Shown piece after piece: positions 1 to 12,680 of a stretch of 64,000 nucleotides of DNA (its first letter is position 1; each line of letters opens with the position of its first letter). The notes below the pieces were generated by a model. That model worked only from the letters and a program-made list of their open reading frames with translations. It did not search any database and was not told where the DNA came from. This DNA is from the human T2T-CHM13v2.0 reference genome, Homo sapiens. Made by a program: the position numbers and the translations under genes. The DNA lies in the NCBI RefSeq assembly GCF_009914755.1, contig NC_060931.1, one strand, 5' to 3'.

Positions 1-149
1 TGCAGCAGCAGGAAGCCATGACCTTAGTAAGAGCATCCTAGGAGAAGCATCCTGGAGACACAGGGCTACTGTGGGAAACCCAGGTGCAGAGAGAGCAGAG
101 GAAGAAATACCCTCACCTCTCTTCCTCCCGCCTTCCAGTCTCTGACTCA

Positions 150-1160
150 GTGCTGCCATTAGCTAGTCTCAACAGGATCAGTGCTTCTCATTGGCCAGCC
201 TCAACAGGATCAGTGCATCCCACTGGCCAGCCCCAACAGGATCAGTGCATCCCACTGGCCAGCCCCAACAGGATCAGTGCATCCCACTGGCCAGCCTCAA
301 CAGGATCAGTGCATCCCAATGTCCAGCCTCAACAGGATCAGTGATTCCCATTGGCCAGCCTCAACAGGATCAATGCATCCCACTGGCCAGCCTCAACAGG
401 ATCAGTGCATCCCACTGGCCAGCCCCAACAGGATCAGTGCATCCCACTGGCCAGCCCCAACAGGATCAGTGCATCCCACTGGCCAGCCTCAACAGGATCA
501 GTGCATCCCAATGTCCAGCCTCAACAGGATCAGTGATTCCCATTGGCCAGCCTTAACAGGATCAATGCATCCCACTGGCCAGCCTTAACAGGATCAATGC
601 ATCCCATTGACCGACCTCAACAGGATCAGTGTCTCCCACTGGCCAGCCTCAACAGAATCAGTGCATCCCATTGGCCAGCCTCAACAGGATCAGTGCATCC
701 CACTGGCCAGCCTCAACAGGATCAGTGATTCCCATTGGCCAGCCTCAACAGGATCAGTGCATCCCACTAGCCAGCCTCAACAGGATTAGTGCATCCCATT
801 AGCCAGCCTCAACAGGATCAGTGCATTCCACTGGCCAGCCTTAACAGGATCAATGCATCCCATTGGCTGACCTCAACAGGATCAGTGCAGCTATTGGCCA
901 GCCTCAATATGATCAGTGCATCCCATTGACCGACCTCAACAGGATCAGTGTCTCCCACTGGCCTGCCTCAACAGAATCAGTGCATCCCATTGGCCAGCCT
1001 CAACAGGATCACTGCATCCCACTAGCCAGCCTCAACAGTATCAGTGCATCCCATTGGCCAGCCTCAACAGGACTGGTGCCTCCCATTGGATTAAACAGGA
1101 CTAGTGCCTCTCATTGGCCTCAACAGGATCAGTGCCCCCGCTTTGCTGGCCTCAACAGGA
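150..1160. repeat. 32-bp minisatellite (~31 copies), GGCCAGCCTCAACAGGATCAGTGCATCCCA(C/T)T
   Basis: CAACAGG recurs at 202, 234, 266 and onward with period 32. Confidence 0.95.
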
Positions 1161-4100
1161 ACCCAGCCCCTGTGCACACCAGCACTGGATAATAGGTCCA
1201 GGATGGCCCAAGGAGAGAAGCTGGCTCACCTGCTGGCTGACAGGTGACCCCGGACCATACTAAGCCTGCCTGTGTGCACCACAATATTCAAGAGAGAGGC
1301 TGCGACCATGCACCCACCCAGAACCCACTGGACCCCTGGGTCCCACCAGCTGCCTCCGGCACTCCTGCCCTAGGTGACTGGAGCTGTTTCCAGGGCTGAA
1401 TTATTCCCAGCTGGCCTCTCCAGCTCTGAGGGTGAACCTGACTCCTCACCACCCCAAGGGAAGCCCTTCTCCCGCAGCTTCCAGGACCAGCAGCTCCCCA
1501 GAAGGCGTTGTCTCCTCTGGCTGTGGGCTCAGCCATGGTGGGGCTGGCAGAAGGAGGCGGGAGGAGTTAGCCTGAGGAAACCGCTGGGCACACTTTCATG
1601 TATGGGCCACTCCAAGGAGCTCACTGTCCTTCCAGGGCTGGAATGCTAATTACCTCCCCTGCGGGGACAGAGGAATCCTGTGAGGGGGGCCACTCCGGCC
1701 TGGAGATCTGCAGCCGCTTGGGCCCTCCCTTCTCTCAGGCCGAGAGCGCCTGTGAGGGGTGGATGGTTACAGCTCGCACGGCCGGGTGCCTGCAGGGCCG
1801 GGCTCTGCACCACCCTCTCCATCTCCAGGTCCTCACATCGCTCTGAGATCGGCCTGTCAGGCCCATTTACTACAGAAGGGGAAACCGAGGCTCGGGAGTC
1901 GAAATTCCGAGCTCAGGGCAGCAGAGCCAGGATTTAAACACAGGCTTCCTGACTTCTAGGCTAGGGTTTCAAGCACCTCCCACTCAAAGGGGAGGGTGAT
2001 GTCAGAAACAGCCACAGGGCTGAGTCCACACAGATCCCCGGAGGCCGGGAATTATGCCCTGACCCCAACAGCCATCTCCCGGCTGGCCGAGGGGAAGTTT
2101 GCTGAAATTTCAAGAGCTGCACTTCCAAGCCCAGCAAACACCAGGGCCAACCGTGTGTCCCACGGGGTGCTGGGGTGTCGGGACACAGGGAGTCAGACAG
2201 GTCCTCTGTCCACTGAGACCTCTCAGCCTAGTCAGAAAGATACAGAGTGGGTGGGTGGTTCCAAGGCATGGATCTGGCCTGTAAAACTGGATGGGTGGGG
2301 ACAAAGCACCTGTGAGGGTGGGGAGCTTCAAGGACAGCTTGATCAAGGAGCTGCTGCCAGAGCTGGGTTTTGAAGACTGAATAGGAGTTTTCTACTGGGG
2401 AAGAGCATTGCATGTGGAGAAGGCTATGTGCAAAGTGTGAAAGAGCGTGCAGAAACCCATGCACATCATGAGCCAATTCTCAAGCTCCTCATCACCAGCA
2501 GGGCAGCCCAGAGGGAGCCCCACGTGGGCAGCAGCAGAGGGAGGACCCCACTGTCCTGGCTCCAGTTCCCAGTTTCTCCTCTGCCCTGCGGCCCCCTGTC
2601 TGTTTCCAAATTTCCCCTTCAATGCCGCTAGCTGGGAACCGGAGGTAGCACTGGGCAGGCACCCTCCCAGCGGGGGCACGAGCTCCTCCAGCCAAGACAC
2701 CAGGCACTTCCTGACTCTGGGCTCGAACGGGGGGCACCGAGGGGGCGGCATTCCAGATGGCATTCCAACTCCTCCTCAACAATCTGTCCATTTCCTGCCT
2801 GGCTGCAAATTTCAACATTTCCTCCCCAGGCCACCTCCGGTCTCTGCCCGCCGCCTGCCCTGTGCTGACCGGAGGACAGAGGACGTCCCTTGTCCTGCCA
2901 GCTCAGCATGGACCCAGCCCTGCCCTTGCTTGAGCCAAGAGGCCCAAGGGTGAGGAAGCGGGGCAGAGCCGGGGTCGGGGGGGATCTCGGGGTCCAGCCC
3001 CCATGATACCACTAACCTCATCTGTGCGCCTAACCTCAGTGGGCACATATGCAGCGCCTTCCATGTGCCAGCCCCTCTCAGACATGAGACACGGCCCAGG
3101 GGAGGACATGGCACACGGGGTCTCCCTGCTGATACTTGGGGCGCAGGCATTCCCTGCGGGGAGCTGGACCCACACATGGGAAAGGGACTCCAGGAAGGGG
3201 AGCGTGTGAGCAAAGGCCTGGAGCCGGGACCAGCCCAGACGGGAGGCACTGGCCCATTCCAGGTCCCCGCACCCGGAGGCCGGCTCCCCAGCAGCTGACT
3301 GACCTGAGCAGATCCTGGGAGAGGCTGGCAGTGGGCAGAAACTCAGCAGAGGACAACTTTGTTTCTTTGCAGGACACCCTCCCTAGGTTTGGGGATGTCC
3401 TGCCTAATGACAGCGGGGATCCCCAAGATGCAGTGAGGGCTTCCCCAGCCTCCCTCACACTAAAGAGGTGGCTCCTTCCAGCACTTCCAATCAGACAGGT
3501 TCTTATGGGGAGGTGGGTACAGGAGCCTTGTTCTGGGGAAGGCTGCGGCCCAAGGCCCCCTCCCGAGGTCTGCGGGCATGTCCAGGCTGGGCGCCGGCTG
3601 TGGGCTGTGGGCTGTGGCCCTGTGGCCTAGGGAGCCCCCGGCAGGGTGCCTAGGGTTTGTTCAAGCCCTATCCGGAGAGTCCAGGGCCCACCCTCAATCT
3701 TTGTTTTTTTGGCTTAAAGTAGCTGGAGTCTGTCTGCTGCTAGGAGCCGAGAGCGCCGCCCGCAGTGGGACGGAGCCGGCCCCACAGCTCCGTGCACTCG
3801 CGACGTGCGGCGGACGGCGGTGGCTGTGGGTGGTGCTCACCTGACCCAGGGGCCTTCCTGGCCTGCCGTGGCCCGGAAGGACCCTTCGTGATGTCCGATG
3901 AGGCGGACGGTTCTGCCCTTGAGTGCAGGAGCCCAGCCGGGCTTCCGGGGATGGGCGAGAGAGCCCCGGCCGCCCACCCCTCCAGGAGCACACTAAGGCC
4001 TGGGGGCTTCCCGGGGGGGAGGGCGGACCTGGCTCTTGAGAAACACAACTGACGGCTCCTGCGGCCCGAGACCTGGGCCGGAGCCCCCACCTCCTTGGCG

Positions 4101-4337
4101 CGGTTCCCAAAGCCGCGTCCCGTGAGTCCCACGAGCTGGAGGAATAGCCATCAGGGGAGGCACCCCCTGGCCTGGCCCTGATACAGCGGGGTCGTGGGTG
4201 CTCTGGCGGGACGGCCCCCAGGCAGCCCCGGGCCAGGCCAGCCCAGAAGGGCCTAGGAGGCAGCCGCGTGGTTAAAGTGGGGGTGCTGTTTTTGTTGCGG
4301 GATGTCTGTGGGTTTGAACCCCCTTGCCCTCATCACA

Positions 4338-5384
4338 CTGGTGGTGTGAGCCTTGCTCGGAAAGCTGGATTTGAACGTCGTCTGGGTTTGGCGTTGGCCC
4401 TCAGGGCCCGGCGTCCTTCCCCAGCGCTGGGACCCAGCCTCCGGGGAGCCGTGAAGCCCTGCCGTCTTGTGGCTCCAAAGCCGGTCCACCAATGACCTCG
4501 TGCCAGCGGCATCACGACGCTGCCTCACACCGCACAAGACTCGCCGGGAAGATGCGAGACCCATGACAGAGCCCAGAAAGGCGACGGGGTGGCCCAAGGT
4601 CACACCCACGCCAGGCCCAGCACTCCGCTCTTCCCGCTCACCCACTCGGCCGGGCCTGTGCCCTCCCGCCCGGCCAAGTGGGGGCTCCAGGAAGGGCAGC
4701 GAGTGCCCCGCGGCCCCGGCCCCACTGCGGGCGGCCAGAACACAGAGGGCGGTGAGGAAGGAGGCGTTCCCTGCCGGGTGCCCTCCAGCAGGATTCGCGA
4801 ACCCAGGGGAGCGAGCGGGAGGATTTTCCATGTGAGGCCGGCTTCCTGGGGCGAGGCCCACCCGGCGCCAGCGTGGAGAGAGGAGAGGAGCAAAGCGCCT
4901 CGACACATTCTCCCTCGGTGATTTAATGGCCGGAGCATTCGTGCGATATTTATGCAGTAAATCCTTCCACTGGGGGGTTTCACTGTGTCACGGGAGGCTC
5001 CTCCCAGCCCGTCCCCATCCCGTCCCCCCCAAAAAAAGAATCCTGAGAAAATCTCATTTCACAGTTTCCCATCGAGCCAGGTGCACAGCAGCTGCGGTGG
5101 GCATGGCGGGCGCGGGTCCTGGGGAACACCCTCTGCTGGCGTCCGCAGCCCGGGAGGGAGCGTGAAGTGGAGGATCTCGGCAGGCGTGGCTGTGTCCAGG
5201 CAGGCGGGTGCTGCCGCGTCCCCGGCTGCAGGGTCTTGGTTCCCCGGAGCCACAGGACGGCAGGGCTTCACGGCTCCCCGGAGGCTGGGTCCCAGCGCTG
5301 GGGAAGGACACCGGGCCCTGAGGGCCAACGCCAAACCCAGACGACGTTCAAATCCAGCTTTCCGAGCAAGGCTCACACCACCAG
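4338..5384. repeat. Inverted repeat, arms 4338-4476 and 5246-5384 (139 bp, 2 mismatches)
   Basis: Direct reverse-complement comparison. Confidence 0.95.
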
Positions 5385-6785
5385 GAAAGCCGATACACTT
5401 TCTAAACTCCACTTCTGAGTTGAATATTCGAAATAGGCTCTTAAAGCAAATGTTGGCCCCCACGTCAGAGTCAACCATGTTCATCGGATGCCTCCAGCCC
5501 CACCAAACAGTCCACCTTCACCCCACCCTGCCCTGGAAAGTACACCAAAGTGCCCCTGGTACTGTGGGGTTGTGGGGGGCAGGGTGGCACCCGCAAGCGT
5601 CTTCTTCAAAAACAGCTGCAAATCCGAGCTGAACCTGCCCCAGCCACGCTGCCGAGCTGAGCACTAGGAGCTGGGCTTGAAGCCACCAGGAGGGGCCCAT
5701 CCCCAAAAGGACAGCCAAGCCCTCAGCAGCACAGAGCGGACGTCTCTGGGGTGGTCGCCACATACGGGGCTCACCCCACCCTGTGCAGTAGGAATGACCA
5801 TGTCCTAGACAGATGGAGGCTCGGAGCCTGGGAAGCTGTGGAATTTGCCCAGGGCCCCCAATCAGAAATGGAGAGACAGGGCCCCGAACCAAGCCACTCC
5901 CTCTGCCCCAGCACTCCTGCCTGCCCTGGCGCCTTGGGGCTGCCCTGCCTCCTTTACGGCTGTCCCTGCAGAGTGGACTCAGGTCATTGGCCCTGGGGGG
6001 CCTGGGGGAGGCTGAGTTTCCAGCAGATCCGTCCTCAGGCTCAGCCGTGCAGAGGAGACTGGCAGATGTGGGCCTGGTTCTCCCAGTGACCAAATGAGGC
6101 CCCCATGTGTGTGTCCCCAAGAGACCAGACCAGGTGGGTTGGCTCTTTCCAGACCCCTGCGTGGCTCAGTGCTGAGCTCGGCTGACCGGCCACCCAGCGC
6201 CCGATGCCCCAAACATCCACACGCATAGAAGAAACATGACCAGGGCCTGGGAGGGTTTCCGGGCGTCCGCCTCCCCAGGGCCGCCGGGGCTGCTGGTCAG
6301 TAGCAAACACAACTCTCCTCTAATAAAACCAATCGTCTGAGGCTGCGGACGCCACAAGAGGAAACAGCTGTGCACTGCTGGCTGCGAACACATGTTTCAA
6401 GGCCATCTCTCAGGCAGCCTGCTCCTGCTTCTGAGGAATGCTGGAATCCTGGCCATTTCTGACAACAGAATGCTCCGGGCTATGGAGAGGAGAACCGCCG
6501 GGCCGTGGAACATACATTATCACGCACACACACCGATCAGTTCAGCAGACCACCACGGAGATCCTGCTGCGTGCCAGAGACCGTCACGGATGCATAAAGG
6601 GGCTCTTAGCCCCTCCCACAATCCTGACCTACTGTGGCCTCCACAACCACAGAAACGACAGATGTCAGAAGTAAAGGGTCCCATATACCCCAAAAGACAC
6701 GCAGGAGTATCCACGTCCACTGTTTATAAGGGTCCAGAATCCCAATGTCCGTCCGGAAGTGTATGGACTTAAAAACTGGTATACA

Positions 6786-7080
6786 GCCGGGCACGCGGTG
6801 GCTCATGCCTGTAATCCCAGCACTTTGGGAGGCCGAGGTAGGTGGATCACCTGAGGTCAGGAGTTCAAGACCAGCCTGGCCATTGTCTGTCTCTACTAAA
6901 AATACAAAAAATTAGCCGGGCATGGTGTCAGGTGCCTGTAATCCCAGGTACTCGGGAGGCTGAGGCAGGAGAATCGTTTGAACCCGGCAGGTTGGAGCTT
7001 GTGGTGAGCCGAGATCGTCCACCTGCACCCCAGCCTGGGCCACAGAGTGAGACTCTATCTCTAAACAACAACAACAAAAA
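6786..7080 (+). mobile_element. Alu (AluS-like) with 15-bp TSD AAAAACTGGTATACA
   Basis: Alu consensus; TSD at 6771-6785 and 7076-7090; inserted in an old L1 3'-end-like fragment (~6690-7450). Confidence 0.92.
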
Positions 7081-7485
7081 CTGGTATACAATGGAACACT
7101 ACACTAACAATTTTAAAAAGACTAAACTATTGATAAATGCAAAATGGATTAACCTCAAAAGGGTTATGGCAAGTGAACAAGGCCCAAACCGAAAGCGTGT
7201 GCCTGCAAGATTCCTCCTCCGCGATGTTCTGGAGCAGGCCACGCTAACCGGTGCTGATGAAAAGCAGGAGAGCGGCATCCTCCACGTGGGGATTGTTCTA
7301 AGGGCAGAGAAAGCTTTCTGGGCACTGGGAAGACTTCCATTGCCTGGCCTGGAAAGGTGGTGGCCCAGGTGTTTACATGAGCAAGAAGCCCTGCAGCCAT
7401 ACCCACGGGTCCACAGATTTCACCCCGTGGAAATTCTTTCTCAACAGACTGCTGGGAAAGCCAGGTAAATGCTTGAGGAATGTCA

Positions 7486-8020
7486 GCCTCCTCCCTCACC
7501 CTCCTCCCTCACCCTCCTCCCTCACCCTCCTCCCTCACCCTCCTCCCTCACCCTCCTCCATCCTCCTCTCTCACCCTCCTACCTCACCCTCCTACCTCAC
7601 CCTCATCCTTCACCCTCATCCGTAAACCTCATCCCTCACCCTCATCCCTCACCCTCCTCCTTCACCCTCCTCCATCACTCCTTCACCCCTTACCCTCCTC
7701 CATCAGCCTCCTCCCTCACTCTCCTTCACCCTCCTCCCTCACCCTCCACCCTCACCCTCCTCCCTCGACTTCATCCCTCACCCTCCTCCTTCACTCTCCT
7801 CCCTCACCCTCATCCCTTACTGTCATCCTTCACCTTTCTCCTTCACTCTCCTCCCTCACCCTCATCTCTCACCCTCATCCCTCATCTTCCTCCTTCACCC
7901 TCCTCCTTCACCCTCCTCCCTCACCCTCATCCCTTACCCTCATCCTCATCCCCCACCCTCCTCTTTCGCCCTCCTCCCTTACCCTCCTCCCTCACCCTCC
8001 TCCCTCACCATCATCCCTCT
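7486..8020. repeat. Pyrimidine-rich ~13-bp tandem repeat (CCCTCCTCCCTCA)n
   Basis: Visible periodicity. Confidence 0.9.
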
Positions 8021-8344
8021 TTCCATTGAGCCTCAAATCATGAAACAGTAGGAGGCAGAGGCCGGCCTTGGGGAGAATGGGCTGACCACTGCTGCCTACA
8101 CAGCAGAGAGGTGAGGCAGGTGTCCCTTCAGGCCAAGCCGAAATGTGAGTCCACCTCGAGTCTCAGGCCGAAGGTGTCACAATGGGTCTTTAAAGGTGGA
8201 GACCAAGAGCTGACCCCAGGTCTCCCAGCCATGTGACGTTAGGGAAAAACATATCAGGCCCCTCAGACTAGACGGGGGCTCCCCAGCCTTTGTTGACACA
8301 GGAAAAAAAAATAGGAAAGTCTAGAGTATTACATAGGAGATTAT

Positions 8345-10140
8345 CCTACCTCCTCATGGCCATCACCTCCTCACAGCCATCACTTCCCATGACTATCACC
8401 TCCTTCCTCAACCATCACTACCTCCCACAACCATCACCTCCTCCCACAACCATCACCTCTCACGGCCATCACCTCGTCCCACAACCGTCACCACCCATGA
8501 CCATCACCTCCTCCCACAGCCATCACCTCCTCATGGCCATCACCTCCTCCCACAAGCATTACCACCTCCCACAACCATCACCACCTCCCACAACTATCAC
8601 CTCCATCCACAACCATCACCTCCCATGACCATCACCTCCTCCCACAACCATCACCTCCTCCCACAACCATCACCTCCCATGACCATCACCTCCTCCCACA
8701 ACCATCACCTCCTCCAACAACCATCACCTCCCATGACCATCACCTCCTCCCACAACCATCACCTCCCATGACCATCACCTCCTCCCACAACCATCACCTC
8801 CTCCCACAACCATCACCTCCTCATGGCCATCACCTCTTCCCACAAGCATTACCACCTCCCACAAATATCACCTCCTCCCACAACCATCACCACCCATGAC
8901 CATCACCTCCTCCCACAACCATCACTTCCCATGACTATCACCTCCTTCCTCAACCATCACCACCTCCCACAACCATCACCTCCTCCCACAACTATCACTT
9001 CCCACAACCATCACCTCCTCTCACAACCATCACCTCCTCCCAAAACCATCACCTCCCATGGCCATCACCTCGTCCCACAACCGTCACCACCCATGACCAT
9101 CACCTCCTCCCACAACCATCACCTCCTCATGGCCATCACCTCCTCCCACAAGCATTACCACCTCCCACAAATATCACCACCTCCCACAGATATCACCTCC
9201 CATGACTACCACCCCCCATGAGTATCACTTCCTCATAACCATCAGCTCCTCATGACCATCACCTCTCATGACCACCACATCTCACGACTATCACTTCCCC
9301 ATGACTATCACTTCCTCATGACCATTACTTCCTCATGACCACCACCTCTCATAATCATCACCTCCCATCACTTCCCATGACTATCACTTCCTCATGACCA
9401 TCACCTCCTCATGAACATCACCTCTGATTGACCACCACCTCCCATGACCATCATCTCTCATGACTATCACTTCCTCATGACCATCCCTTCCTCAAGACTG
9501 TCACTTCCCCATGACCATTGCCTCCCATGACCATCACCTCTCATTGGCCATCGCCTCCCATGACCATCACCTCTCATGACTATCACTTCCTCATGACCAT
9601 CACCTCTCATGACTATCACTTCCTCATGACCATCACCTCCTCATGACCATCACCTCTCATTGACCACCACCTCCTATGACCATCACCTCTCACTGACCAC
9701 CGACTCCCATGACCACCACCTCTCATGACTGTCACTTCCTCATGACCATCACCTCTCATGACCATCACCTCTCATGACCATCACCTTCCATGACTGTCAC
9801 TTCCTCATGACCATCCCTTCCTCAAGACTATCACTTCCCCATGACCATCGCCTCCCATGACCATCACATCTCATGACTCTCACTTCCTCATGACCATCGC
9901 CTCTCATGACTGTCACTTCCTCATGACCATCACTTCCTCATGACCATCACCTTCCATGACTGTCACTTCCTCAAGACCATCCCTTCCTCAAGACTGTCAC
10001 TTCCTCATGACAATTACTTTCTCATGACCACCACCTCTCATGACCATCACCTCCCATGACCTTCACTTCCTCATGACCGTCGCCTCCCATGGCCATCACC
10101 TCCTCACGACCATCACCTCTGTCACCATCACCATCTCTGT
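8345..10140. repeat. 16-19-bp degenerate tandem repeat (CCATCACCTCC[TCC]CACAA / CCATCACCTCTCATGA)
   Basis: Visible periodicity over ~1.8 kb. Confidence 0.92.
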
Positions 10141-11099
10141 CATTCCTGCAACTGTCCTACCACCACTGCCACATCACTGTCATTGCCATTACCATCCCCC
10201 TCACAGCCTATTTCCTTAATTAGTGAGATGCGGGTGAGTGTTCCAGTGTCTGAGGACCCCAGGCTGGCAGAAGACGCTGAACTCAAGCCCAGGTCTTCAG
10301 ATGCCAACTGCATGCTCTCTCGCCTCTGCCCTGGGTCCTACAGTCCCACCAGGCCCCTGGCCAAAGGCTCTATCCCCAGTGCTGAGACATGGTCACCAAA
10401 AGCCTAGCTAAAAGTCATTTCTGAAATCCTGTTTTCAAACCTCTACATAAGCCACACATATCTGGAACCTCCTCCTTTTTCCTAATGAAGTCAAAGGTGT
10501 TAACTTTACGGTGACTGCATGACTGGTACGAAGCACCCTGGCTGCCCACGGAGCCAACACAGAGCCACTTCCCCCTCCCAGAACCCCACACTCACGCTTA
10601 CGTAACCCTCGGAGGAAGTCTCACATGATGACCGGCCTGCTGAAGAATGACTACCACCAATACAACTTTTTATGGGGTTGGTGGTAGAGTCTATATTTAA
10701 AACAATTCTGCAAATCCCTGGGAAGTGAATGCTCATTAGGATCTGGGGCAGCTTGCAAAGTAGAGACGGAGGTTTCAGCTAAGCCCTGGGGTATTGTAAA
10801 CTGCAGAAAGAAAAATTGGATGTCAGGAAAGCCAGATCACTTCGACAAAGCTCAGCCGAGGACTTCCTTCCTCTGTCTGGGACTCTGCCTGGGCCTGAAG
10901 GCACCAATACGAACAGAAAGGCTGGCCTGTGGGAAGTTCCCAGGGTGTCCCAGTGACCCACACGCATGGGTGCAAGTGCCATGGAGAATGGGAGGTCCAA
11001 GAGCTGAGCTCCCACCCAACAGCCCTCCCCACGTGGGCACCTCTCAAAGTTCTGGGAACTAACTTCCCTGCACAGCTGTGTCTCACAGGGGACTCCAGG

Positions 11100-11262
11100 G
11101 TGGCTGGTCCAATAGGAGAGCCACGAGCCCCTGTGTGGGTACTTATGTTAAATTAAAGATGGATGACGTTTTAAAAGTTGAGAACCTCAGCTGTACCAGC
11201 CACATTTCCGGTGCCCAGTACACACATGTGGCCGGTGGCTGCCATGTTGGACGGTGCAGATC
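11100..11262. mobile_element. MER3/MER33-like hAT-Charlie DNA transposon fossil
   Basis: GTCCAATAG...AGCCACATTTC..GTGC..CACATGTGGC..GTGGCTGCC.TGTTGGAC resembles the recalled consensus. Confidence 0.6.
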
Positions 11263-11367
11263 CAGGGCACACCCTAGAAAGCTCTATCGGCCAGCCTTGG
11301 TCCACAGGCTGGGAGCCCTGCAGGACTGTGGTGGGGTCCAGAGCTGAGGGTCCGGACGCTGCCTCAG

Positions 11368-11782
11368 TTGGCTCCAGCTACCGTGACAAAGCACCACAGA
11401 CTGCGTGGATTAAACCGCAGCAATGATTCTCACCCTTCCGGAGCCAGAAGCCTGCAATCAAGGCATCGGCGGGGCTGGGTCCCTCTGGAGGCTCTAGGGA
11501 GTCATCCCGGCCTCTCTCAGCTTCTGGCGGCCGCCCTCCTTGTGTTCCATGACTTTCAGACGCGTCTCCCATCCCACCTCCCTCTTCACCCACCCCTTGT
11601 GTGTGTGAGTTTCTTCCATCTCTCATGAGGACACCAGTCATTGGTTTAGGGCCCACCCTAATCCAGGGTGGTCTCATTTAAGACATGGATTTAACTAGTT
11701 ACAAGTGCAAAGACTATTTCCAAGTAAGGCCACATCACGGGTTCCAGGTGGACATAAATTTGGGGGACTGCTCAACGCAGCA
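11368..11782 (-). mobile_element. MLT1 (ERVL-MaLR) solo LTR
   Basis: AGGACACCAGTCATTGG..AGGGCCCACCCTAATCCAG and GACTATTTCCAA.TAAGG match the reverse complement of MLT1B/C-type LTRs. Confidence 0.8.
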
Positions 11783-12680
11783 CACCCCTCCCCCACCACC
11801 CTATATCTCCCTGTGCCCCACAGCACACCCCTCCCCCGCCACCCTATATCTCCCTGTGCCCCACAGCACACCCCTCCCCCGCCACCCTATATCTCCCTGT
11901 GCCCCGCAGCACACCCCTCCCCCACCCTATATCTCCCTGTGCCCCACAGCACACCCCTCCCCCACCACCCTATATCTCCCTGTGCCCCACAGCACACCCC
12001 TCCCCCGCCACCCTATATCTCCCTGTGCCCCACAGCACACCCCTCCCCCGCCACCCTATATGTCCCTGTGCCCCACAGCACACCCCTCCCCCACCCTATA
12101 TCTCCCTGTGCCCCACAGCACACCCCTCCCCCGCCACCCTATATCTCCCTGTGCCCCACAGCACACCCCTCCCCCGCCACCCTATATCTCCCTGTGCCCC
12201 ACAGCACACCCCTCCCCCGCCACCCTATATCTCCCTGTGCCCCACAGCACACCCCTCCCCCACCCTATATCTCCCTGTGCCCCACAGCACACCCCTCCCC
12301 CACCCTATATCTCCCTGTGCCCCACAGCACACCCCTCCCCCACCCTATATCTCCCTGTGCCCCACAGCACACCCCTCCCCCACCCTATATCTCCCTGTGC
12401 CCCACAGCACACCCCTCCCCCGCCACCCTATATCTCCCTGTGCCCCACAGCACACCCCTCCCCCGCCACCCTATATCTCCCTGTGCCCCACAGCACACCC
12501 CTCCCCCACCCTATATCTCCCTGTGCCCCACAGCACACCCCTCCCCCACCCTATATCTCCCTGTGCCCCACAGCACACCCCTCCCCCACCCTATATCTCC
12601 CTGTGCCCCTCAACACACCCCTCCCCCACCCTATATCTCCCTGTGCCCCTCAACACACCCTCCCCCACCACCCTATAGCT
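11778..12680. repeat. 40/43-bp VNTR (~21 copies), CAGCACACCCCTCCCC[CGC]CACCCTATATCTCCCTGTGCCCCA
   Basis: Near-perfect units in two length classes. Confidence 0.96.

Noticed and set aside
150-1160. CRISPR-like array (32-bp repeats with a small GGAT..ATCC palindrome)
   Set aside because: Units are head-to-tail with no unique spacers, there are no cas genes, and the DNA is mammalian.
4338-5384. Inverted repeat as the TIRs of a DNA transposon or MITE
   Set aside because: No target-site duplication, no recognisable terminal motif and no transposase. It is kept as an unexplained inverted duplication.
6842-7468. 208-aa ORF, and similar Alu-containing ORFs at 14.3-15.5, 18.1-18.9, 31.2-31.7 and 48.9-49.2 kb
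   Set aside because: Alu- or L1-derived translations.
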